32,000 nt of DNA from Ktedonobacterales bacterium. GTDB taxonomy: Bacteria > Chloroflexota > Ktedonobacteria > Ktedonobacterales > JADMIN01. This document shows, piece after piece, positions 20,585 to 27,910 of the stretch. A model generated the notes under the pieces. It was given only the letters and a program-made list of their open reading frames with translations. It was not told where the DNA came from and ran no database searches. Location: the NCBI GenBank assembly GCA_030167145.1, contig CP126532.1:150001-182000 (forward strand). The letters run 5' to 3'. The number at the start of each line of letters is the position of its first letter. The first letter of the stretch is position 1. The translations under genes and the position numbers were made by a program.

Positions 20585-21241
20585 ATGACAACCCGTGACG
20601 CATTTCATCAGGAACTACGTGAGATCGAAGAAGCCGTAATCCAGATGGCCTCGCTCGTAGAAGCTGCCATCGCACGCGCTATGCAAGCGCTCACCCGGCG
20701 TGATACGCTCCTTGCGGACGAAGTCATCACCAGTGATGGCGCCATCAACGAGTTGCAACGCAGCATCCGCAACCGCTGCATCAGTGTCATGGCACGCCAG
20801 GCGCCTGTTGCCCGCGACCTGCGTGAACTTTCGACCGTCCAACTGGTCATTAACGAATTGGAGCGCATGGGCGACCATGCGGTAGGCATCGCCAAGCAAT
20901 CCGTTCGATTGCAGGGTGTTGAATTGCCACCGACGATCGGCGATTTGAGCGAACTGGCTAAGCTGGTGCGAGAGCAGGTACGTGCGGGGATTCAGGCATT
21001 CATTGATGTCAACGTTCAGGCTGCGCGCGACATTTGCGCAAAGGATGATGAAATTGACCATCAATATGGCGCCATCTTCGCCGATCTGCTTGATCGTATG
21101 GCCAAAAACACCGCCTATATCCCTGTTGGTGCCGGTCTGATCTTCGTGGCCCATGACCTGGAACGAATCGGTGACCGTGTGACCAACATCTGCGAAGATG
21201 TAATTTACATGGTCACCGGCGAGATCGAAGAACTCAACTGA
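20585..21241 (+). CDS. phoU: Phosphate signalling complex protein PhoU
   Basis: ORF 20558..21241. ATG 20585 is preceded by GAAAGAGG. It has two PhoU repeats with ELERMGDHA and DLERIGDRVTNI motifs. Confidence 0.9.
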   Translation: MTTRDAFHQELREIEEAVIQMASLVEAAIARAMQALTRRDTLLADEVITSDGAINELQRSIRNRCISVMARQAPVARDLRELSTVQLVINELERMGDHAVGIAKQSVRLQGVELPPTIGDLSELAKLVREQVRAGIQAFIDVNVQAARDICAKDDEIDHQYGAIFADLLDRMAKNTAYIPVGAGLIFVAHDLERIGDRVTNICEDVIYMVTGEIEELN

Positions 21242-21253
21242 GGGTCAACAACC

Positions 21254-21994
21254 GTGGAAACCACCGAGATGGACCGCACAATTCTTGTTGTCGAGGATGA
21301 TGCCACACTGCGTGACACCATCGCCTACAACCTCCGAGGCGAAGGATACGGCGTGCTAACCGCCAACGATGGTATTACCGCGCTAGAGATAGCATGGCAG
21401 AATCCTGTATCGCTCATTCTGCTCGACCTCATGCTGCCTCGTCTCGATGGGCTGGATGTCTGTCGGCAACTCCGCAATAAGCCCGAGACAGCCCATATAC
21501 CCATCTTGATGCTGACCGCGCGTGGCGAAGAGACGGACAAAGTCGTCGGATTAGAACTCGGCGCGGATGACTACGTCACCAAACCATTCAGTTGGAAAGA
21601 ACTCCGTGCGCGGATTCGTGCCCTCCTTCGACGCGGTGAACAGCCCGCAGCAGCCGATATACCCCATGCAGCGCCTGGTGCCACCGCCGAAGATCGCATT
21701 CTGATTGTCAACGAGCTGCGAATTGACGTTGGCCGTCGCCAGGTGTGGCGTGATGACCGCGAGATAGATCTGCCCGCCCGCCTCTTCGACCTGCTCGTCT
21801 ACATGGTACGTAATCGTGGGATCGTACTGACTAGGGACCGCTTGTTGCAACACGTATGGGGCTACGATTTCGCCGGAGACACCCGCACCGTTGACGTCCA
21901 TATGCGCTGGCTACGTGAAAAAATGGAAAACGACCCCGCCCATCCTGAGTGGCTTCTGACCGTCCGAGGCGTCGGCTACCGATTCAAAGGCTAA
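21254..21994 (+). CDS. OmpR/PhoB-family response regulator (PhoB/PhoP-like)
   Basis: REC domain (ILVVEDD, LILLDLMLP, LTAR, KPF) plus winged-helix output (...LLTVRGVGYRFKG). Start is GTG 21254 or ATG 21269. It is the last gene of the pst-phoU cluster. Confidence 0.9.
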   Translation: METTEMDRTILVVEDDATLRDTIAYNLRGEGYGVLTANDGITALEIAWQNPVSLILLDLMLPRLDGLDVCRQLRNKPETAHIPILMLTARGEETDKVVGLELGADDYVTKPFSWKELRARIRALLRRGEQPAAADIPHAAPGATAEDRILIVNELRIDVGRRQVWRDDREIDLPARLFDLLVYMVRNRGIVLTRDRLLQHVWGYDFAGDTRTVDVHMRWLREKMENDPAHPEWLLTVRGVGYRFKG

Positions 21995-22090
21995 ATGTTC
22001 AAAGGCTACCGCACCGGTCCAATACCCCGATGTGACAATGCGACATCCTTTTGTAGTCTATGGCTATATGAAAGACGCGCCCCGTTACAT

Positions 22091-23443
22091 TCATGCCTTC
22101 CCCGCCACTACTTCCACCACCTCCATCGCCCCTCCTAGAATTCGCGCTCCTGCCGCCAACAGCGCACGGTACACTTCCGCACCTCGTCCCGAATAATCGC
22201 GACGAGAGACGCTCTCTATCAATCGCGCCTCTCGATCCCCTTCAGCGCCTTCACCTGATTGCGGTTCCAATAGCACTACCTCTCGTCCCGATTGTTGCCC
22301 TTCAAATGCGGCTTCCAGCAGAGCGATATTTCCTGGCCCAAGTGGTACAGGGCAAACGACAATCAATTTCGCGCGGCGCATACAGTCACGAACCGCATCC
22401 AGGCCTGTTTCGGAAACACCAGCATATGGCGGCTCTGTAAGGCACAGTGTCGCAAGTTGCTCTGCAAGTATGTAGTCGCTGTCACCAATGTTAAGCGGCC
22501 CGACACTAAACCGTATGCCTGAATCCGCAAGCGACCGCATCAGCAACTCGCCCGACCCACATCCCGCGATCACATGCACTTTCGCTTCGGCACAGCGTCT
22601 TTTCTCATCGCCATCACAGCGTCCATCGCTATCCACATGGCCCGGTGGCAGCACGCTCAAATGCGTCTCTCCGCGAAGAATCCCGACCCGCACGGGTGTC
22701 TCATACACGTTTGCGAGCAGGTTGCTATTGAGCACTTCTCCCGGCGCTCCATCTGCCACGATCTCGCCTGTGAACAGCACCAACCGCGGGAAGAAGCGCG
22801 CAGCCAAATTCAAGTCATGCATCGCGGCGATCACTGTGAGTCCACGTTCACGATTGAGCCGTCTCAACAACCTTAGCACCTCAATCTGATGCCTGATATC
22901 CAGGTGTGCTGTCGGCTCATCGAGTAACACAATCCCCGCCTCCTGCGCCAGCGTCAGTGCCAGCAGCACCCGCTGCCGCTCACCACCGCTCAGTTCATTG
23001 AACACGAAATCAGCTAGCCCTATGGTCGCTGTTTCTTCGAGCGCGGTTTGTACCGCGTTCTGGTCCGCGCGTCCAATGCTCCCCCATATCCCTGTATGCG
23101 GCGTTCGGCCTAGCTCCACAATCTGCCGGACCGTATAGGCAAACCGCACCGAAAAATCCTGCGGCGCCATCGCCACTCGTCGCGCCGTTTCTCCCGGCCC
23201 AAGTTTCGCTACATCGCTCCCCTGGAGCAATACACGGCCCGTCGCGGGCCTTAGCGCGCCAGCAGCCAACTTGAGCACAGTGGATTTCCCCGCCCCATTC
23301 GGGCCAAGTAGGCCCACCATCTCTCCCGCATTCACCCGTAGCGTAATGTCGCGCACCACCGGGCGCGCGCCTGTTCGATACGCAAAACCGACCTTCTCCA
23401 GTGCCAGCGCGACTACATCACTCGTTTTGCGATTCGTTGCCAT
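22091..23443 (-). CDS. BtuD/FepC-type ABC importer ATPase fused to an unassigned ~180-aa C-terminal domain
   Basis: RBS GGAGG lies 6 nt upstream. Walker A GPNGAGKST, signature LSGGERQRV, Walker B VLLDEPTAHLD, H-loop AMHD. The ABC core ends near aa 265 and aa 270-450 form an extra domain (KVHVIAGCGSGELLMRSLADSG...KLIVVCPVPLGPGN...). Confidence 0.9.
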   Translation of the reverse strand: MATNRKTSDVVALALEKVGFAYRTGARPVVRDITLRVNAGEMVGLLGPNGAGKSTVLKLAAGALRPATGRVLLQGSDVAKLGPGETARRVAMAPQDFSVRFAYTVRQIVELGRTPHTGIWGSIGRADQNAVQTALEETATIGLADFVFNELSGGERQRVLLALTLAQEAGIVLLDEPTAHLDIRHQIEVLRLLRRLNRERGLTVIAAMHDLNLAARFFPRLVLFTGEIVADGAPGEVLNSNLLANVYETPVRVGILRGETHLSVLPPGHVDSDGRCDGDEKRRCAEAKVHVIAGCGSGELLMRSLADSGIRFSVGPLNIGDSDYILAEQLATLCLTEPPYAGVSETGLDAVRDCMRRAKLIVVCPVPLGPGNIALLEAAFEGQQSGREVVLLEPQSGEGAEGDREARLIESVSRRDYSGRGAEVYRALLAAGARILGGAMEVVEVVAGKA

Positions 23444-23455
23444 CGGCGGCCTCCA

Positions 23456-24616
23456 TCACCATCGGTATCGCTGGCCAGCGTAACGCAGCAATCCCAGAAA
23501 AAATGGGCCGCCAACCAAAGCCGTCAGCACACCAAGCGGTAATTCGGTGGGAGCCGCCAGTGTTCGCGCAAAGAGATCAGCAACCACCACAAATATCGCG
23601 CCAGCCAGCGCCGTCGCCGGTATCAAGAGCCGGTGACGCGGCCCAAGTAGAATCCGGCACAAATGCGGCGCCACCAAACCGACAAACCCCACTAGCCCAC
23701 TAATCGCCACTGCCGCCGCCACCAGCAGCGCGGCGCACGCCACAATCAGCAGCTTCACACGCTCCACTCGCAGCCCCAAATACCCCGCCATATCCTCGCC
23801 GAGCGCAAAGACATCCAGCGCAGGCGCGAGCATCAGCGCCACCACCAGACCTACCACCACAATCACCAAAACGACACCAACCTGTGTCCAATTCTCAACG
23901 GTGATACCACCCGATAGCCAGAGATATAAGCCCACCACATGCAATCCCAGCCGGTCATTCAGGCTGATGATTAGCGTTTGGAATGCCGTCAAAATTGCGC
24001 TCACCGCCACGCCTGCCAGCAGCAACGTCACCACCGGCGCTTGGCCGCCGCGCATGGCAAATCGGTACACCAGCGCCACAGCCAGCAATGCTCCAACGAA
24101 TGCCAGTACCGCAACCATCCCGAATCCCAGCCAAGCGGCCGTATACAGCGCAGGCGCCGCAAAGGCGATGCTCGCTCCAAGCGCCGCCCCTGACGACGTG
24201 CCCAGTAAAAATGGATCGGCCAGCGGATTACGCAACAGTCCTTGAAACAGCGCCCCGGCAACGCCCAATGCCGCGCCTACCAGTGCCGCGCCCATCACAC
24301 GCGGCAGCCGTAACACCAGCAAGATGGTCTCTTCGCTCTCTGGCCAGTGTCGCGCAAAATGAAAGATCGGCAACTGATTCAGCAGAATAGCAGCCGTATG
24401 CAGTGGCGAAATCGGCACAGCACCAACCGCCGCCGCCAGCACAATCGCGACAAACAATCCCACACACATCAGTGGTAAAATACCCACTCGCCAATTTCTG
24501 ATGAGCAACCCGCGCTGGCGACCGATAGCGCTCCCATCCGGGCGGGGGGCAGCACCAACCTGTGGCTGTGCAAGCGGAGAATCTATACCTTCTACTCGCT
24601 CCACCATCTTATCCAT
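23456..24616 (-). CDS. FecCD/BtuC-family ABC importer permease
   Basis: About 10 TM segments and FecCD-like motifs (RNPLADPFLLGTSSGAALG, PLGVLTALVGGPFFLGLL). It sits between the binding-protein and ATPase genes. Confidence 0.9.
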   Translation of the reverse strand: MDKMVERVEGIDSPLAQPQVGAAPRPDGSAIGRQRGLLIRNWRVGILPLMCVGLFVAIVLAAAVGAVPISPLHTAAILLNQLPIFHFARHWPESEETILLVLRLPRVMGAALVGAALGVAGALFQGLLRNPLADPFLLGTSSGAALGASIAFAAPALYTAAWLGFGMVAVLAFVGALLAVALVYRFAMRGGQAPVVTLLLAGVAVSAILTAFQTLIISLNDRLGLHVVGLYLWLSGGITVENWTQVGVVLVIVVVGLVVALMLAPALDVFALGEDMAGYLGLRVERVKLLIVACAALLVAAAVAISGLVGFVGLVAPHLCRILLGPRHRLLIPATALAGAIFVVVADLFARTLAAPTELPLGVLTALVGGPFFLGLLRYAGQRYRW

Positions 24617-24682
24617 GCCACAACTCCTGTCATGCTGCCATCCCCAAAGAAACAGAGGCGGTAATCACCGCCTCCACGCCTC

Positions 24683-25636
24683 CTAGGAAAATAGCTCTGG
24701 GTGCAGCAGCTTTGCCAGTTGTTCGAGGCCGTCAACGATACGTGGCCCCGCACGCTGCATCAAATCGGGATCAATTGCGTACACCTTGCCGCTCTGCACA
24801 GCAGCAATGGCCGACCATCCGGGACGTTCCGGCACGGCATGCGCGTCGCCACCATATTTCGGGTCGTCCGTCAGCACAATCACCTGTGGATTAGCCGCGA
24901 TGATGCTCTCATCACTGACCTGCGGATAGCCCGCGTTCGATGCGTCGTTGCCAAAGACGTTCACCCCGCCCGCGTCAGCAATCAGTTCATCGCCAAACGA
25001 CCCTTTGCCAAAGACATATGGCTTGCCTGGTGTATAATCGTCCGCCTCCATATACACACTGACTTTTGGCGCGCTCGCAACCTTCGCCTTGATAGCGTCA
25101 ATGCGCTTTTGGAGCGAAGCCACGAGGGCATTTGCCGCCGACTCCGCATGCACGAGTTGGCCGACCAAACGCATTTCTTTCAGCGACCCCTCCAGGTCCA
25201 GTGCAGGCAGGTCAACCACCGTTATCCCCGCCTGCATCAGTTGCGCATCCTGCTTCGCCGTCTCACCGCCATAACCCAGAATCAAATCTGGCCGCAGCGC
25301 CACAATCGCCTCGACATTGGGATAGCCGTCAGCACCACTTATCTTCGGTTTCGCTGCCAGGTCCGCCGGATAATTTGTGTACGCATCTACACCTATCACC
25401 CGCGCCCCAACTCCCAGCGCGCCCAATATCTCGCTGTCGGTCGCCCCAAGTGACACGATACGCTGTGGCGCCTTCGCGGGAATCGTGATTGTCGTACCAT
25501 TAGCGTCTTTCGCCAACAATGGCTGCTCACTTTTAGCCTGCGTGGACGTGCCACAGCCAGCAAATAGTGGGACCATCACCAGCGCGCTGAACACAAGCAT
25601 CAGCGCCACGAATCCAGAACGATTACGAGCAAACAT
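24683..25636 (-). CDS. BtuF-like (cluster A, PF01497-type) substrate-binding lipoprotein, probable corrinoid binding
   Basis: ORF 24683..25699. I prefer ATG 25636 (MFARNRSGFVALMLVFSALVMVPLFAGCG, lipobox LFAGC). The motif RIVSLGATDSEILGALGVGARVIGVD is typical. The gene lies downstream of a cobalamin riboswitch. Confidence 0.85.
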   Translation of the reverse strand: MFARNRSGFVALMLVFSALVMVPLFAGCGTSTQAKSEQPLLAKDANGTTITIPAKAPQRIVSLGATDSEILGALGVGARVIGVDAYTNYPADLAAKPKISGADGYPNVEAIVALRPDLILGYGGETAKQDAQLMQAGITVVDLPALDLEGSLKEMRLVGQLVHAESAANALVASLQKRIDAIKAKVASAPKVSVYMEADDYTPGKPYVFGKGSFGDELIADAGGVNVFGNDASNAGYPQVSDESIIAANPQVIVLTDDPKYGGDAHAVPERPGWSAIAAVQSGKVYAIDPDLMQRAGPRIVDGLEQLAKLLHPELFS

Positions 25637-25744
25637 CACAACACACTGCCTCCGCGGACGCGCGGAAACGGACGGCGCCACGGCCGCATCGAGCGTCATC
25701 TAACCCAACATTCCAGACAACGTGCTCGCTCGGCCCGCCTCCAA

Positions 25745-26040
25745 AGAAAAAGCGCCTTCTTCCACAGCTATATGGAAGAAGGCGCACTACGGCGCTGCTC
25801 TTCTCCCCTTGGCGCGAAGGAACTGAGCGGTACCGTAAGGTCGGTCTCCTGGCTTTCGGGTGCCAGACAATCATGCCCGACAGGCTCCTCTTCAACCTTC
25901 CCACCGCATCACACAACGGCAGTGGTCCCACAGCATCAACTGTGGCAAGAGCAGCTTCATTCCCGATTACAGTGGCGCGTCCGCATCGGCATTTCACCGA
26001 TTTCCCAAGCTATCCTAACGACGGAATAGCCACCTCACGG
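25745..26040 (-). promoter_or_regulatory. Cobalamin (AdoCbl) riboswitch with terminator expression platform
   Basis: The minus strand reads GGTGGCTATTCC..TAGGATAGCTTGGGAAATCGGTGAAATGCCGATGCGGACGCGCCACTGTAATCGGGAATGAAG... The B12 box AGCCAGGAGACCGACC is at plus coordinates 25839-25854. The terminator is GCGCCTTCTTCCA/TGGAAGAAGGCGC (25752-25785), followed on the minus strand by TTTTTCTTT (25743-25751). Confidence 0.85.
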
Positions 26041-26065
26041 CATCAGCGATTCGGTTGTCAGTCGG

Positions 26066-26095
26066 AGTATAGGTTGCGGCTAGCTCGCGCGTCAA
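26066..26095 (-). promoter_or_regulatory. Candidate promoter of the riboswitch-btuFCD operon
   Basis: On the minus strand: TTGACG (26095-26090), 18-nt spacer, TATACT (26071-26066). It lies about 25 nt upstream of the riboswitch. Confidence 0.4.
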
Positions 26096-26204
26096 GAGCA
26101 CAAGTCATATGCTATGCGCCTAGGTTGTTGCAGAACACACCGTGTACATAGCTTACCTCCACGATGGACATTGTTCTGCTTCTCACGGCACATCGCTTGT
26201 GAAA

Positions 26205-26573
26205 CTAGTACTCGTCGTCTCCGTTCACCGCATGACGTGTTTCACTTTCCTGAAGCGCTGCCGCGACCTGCGAGCTACACCACTCATCATAACGCAGGTG
26301 ATACTCGAGATGCTCGCGCTCATTGGCATCAGAGGCGGCCTCTATCCGACGTGTCAATTCTGCATGGCTGGTGCGGGAGGAACCCACCGCGCTTCGAAGG
26401 AGTCGTATGATGTCTGGTAGGGTGCTTGCCTCTCTAGAAATTGAACCGACCAGCATGTGCGTGTTGGGGTGCGCGGCATCAACTAACACCACCTCGTATG
26501 AGTCTGACGAACTCGGCGATGCCATGAGTTGGATACGACCATAGCGCTTCACCACGTCGGGCAGGCTTGACAC
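26205..26573 (-). CDS. Hypothetical protein (122 aa, acidic C-terminus, no recognised motifs)
   Basis: GTG start at 26573 with a strong GGGAGGAAGAC RBS context. There is no signal peptide or TM segment, and I cannot assign a family. Confidence 0.5.
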   Translation of the reverse strand: MSSLPDVVKRYGRIQLMASPSSSDSYEVVLVDAAHPNTHMLVGSISREASTLPDIIRLLRSAVGSSRTSHAELTRRIEAASDANEREHLEYHLRYDEWCSSQVAAALQESETRHAVNGDDEY

Positions 26574-26722
26574 GTCTTCCTCCCATCGCTTGAGAGTTGC
26601 TGCTCTGTCGCCTTTCCGGGACCATTTCTCAATGTGCCACCCAACTCAAGTATAGCTATAGCCGATGAGTGAATGACAAGCATTTACACGAATTTGGTAT
26701 CAGGCCCAGCGCACACTCATAC

Positions 26723-27142
26723 CTACTTCACGATCACAGTCAGATTCATCTCTGGGTGAATGGTACAGGTAATCTCATACGTGCCAGACGTCGAAAACAC
26801 GACACTGCGAACATCACCATTGGAGATAGTAAGGCCATTCCCTTGGAAATCCTCTGGTCCAGCCGCGTGTAGGTTACAAGCCATGTCGCGGCCCAGACAA
26901 AGATGATGATACCCGCCGGTCGTATCGTCCAGACGCAGTGTCGCACCTGCCTGTACCACAATCTGCGACCGAGCAAAATTATCCCCCAACAGCCGCATTG
27001 TAACGCCGTCGGTCGCCGTGCTCGCATGTGATCCACTACAACCAGCCCCACCCCAAATGACGAAAAGCGCAAGCGCCGCCAGTGCTACCAGCCGCTTACG
27101 TTTCGGTTTTAGCGACAGGATGCCCACACGTGGCCATCTCAT
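26723..27142 (-). CDS. Cupredoxin (type-1 blue copper) lipoprotein, amicyanin-like ligand loop (paralog B)
   Basis: ORF 26723..27175. ATG 27142 is preceded by GAGGTG 7 nt upstream. Signal peptide with lipobox GGAGC. Ligand set: GGYHH (His) and C-terminal CTIHPEM (C-x2-H-x2-M). Confidence 0.75.
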   Translation of the reverse strand: MRWPRVGILSLKPKRKRLVALAALALFVIWGGAGCSGSHASTATDGVTMRLLGDNFARSQIVVQAGATLRLDDTTGGYHHLCLGRDMACNLHAAGPEDFQGNGLTISNGDVRSVVFSTSGTYEITCTIHPEMNLTVIVK

Positions 27143-27184
27143 AACCCCGCACCTCGCCTTATCCGATTCGTCCAACCATAACGA

Positions 27185-27216
27185 AGCAGGGACCCCCTGA
27201 GGTGGGAGTCCCTGCT
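27185..27216 (-). other. Hairpin between the two cupredoxin genes
   Basis: AGCAGGGAC (27185-27193) and GTCCCTGCT (27208-27216) form a 9-bp stem with a 14-nt loop. There is no clear U-tract on the minus strand. Confidence 0.35.
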
Positions 27217-27230
27217 TGCTCGATAGGAGA

Positions 27231-27644
27231 CTATTGCACCGTCACAATGATCTGCATCCCTGGGTGAACTGTGCAGACCACATTGTATGTTCCCGGCTTG
27301 GTAAACGTGATATCTTTCGTCTCACCACCCTGGAACGTCGTGCCCTGGCCCAACAATTCCGCAGGCGCGTCCCCCGAAGTCAGGCACGTCGCGCTATAGG
27401 CAGTGCCATCGGCAACGCACACGATATGGTATCCACCACCAGCAACCGTGTCATCGAAGTGAACCGGCGTATTCGCCGTCACTGTGATCGTCTTCGCCGT
27501 AAAATTGGTGGCATCCATCTGAATGGTGTTCGCGGGTGCGCTGGGACCACTGGTCGTCGAGGTTCCCGGTGTCTTGCCGCAGCCCATCACGGCCAGAGCG
27601 AAGACCAATGCCAGAGGAACGGTCAAGAGTGCCATCTTCTTCAT
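27231..27644 (-). CDS. Cupredoxin (type-1 blue copper) lipoprotein, amicyanin-like ligand loop (paralog A)
   Basis: ORF 27231..27791. The internal start MKKMALLTVPLALVFALAVMGCG (lipobox VMGC) is at 27644. Ligand set: GGGYHIV (His) and CTVHPGM (C-x2-H-x2-M). Confidence 0.8.
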   Translation of the reverse strand: MKKMALLTVPLALVFALAVMGCGKTPGTSTTSGPSAPANTIQMDATNFTAKTITVTANTPVHFDDTVAGGGYHIVCVADGTAYSATCLTSGDAPAELLGQGTTFQGGETKDITFTKPGTYNVVCTVHPGMQIIVTVQ

Positions 27645-27910
27645 AAATGAGGAAGGTCCTTTCGATGTTGTGAGTTGCTTCGCGCCGCAAAATCCGACGC
27701 GCCAAACACTGCGAAAAATGCGCGTGGCGTAAGCGACCGCCACGTATGTGTATCGCGATGCGCCGCATCTGACTGTATCAAAAGCCAGCACATCCCCGCA
27801 AGCGGTATATACCTTACCCTTGCCTCAGGTATTCGCCTGAACTCATATCCGGTGCCTGCTCTGCCCTTCTTGCCGGCTCACCCGCACCCTGCCGAAGTGT
27901 GATGCGATTG

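Noticed and set aside
21995-22090. Looked for a bidirectional terminator between the convergent response-regulator and ABC ATPase genes
   Set aside because: No convincing stem-loop or U-tract was found by eye.
25623-25997. 124-aa minus-strand ORF covering the cobalamin riboswitch, and the 25699 start for the binding protein
   Set aside because: The region is explained by the riboswitch and its terminator. The lipoprotein signal peptide begins at ATG 25636.
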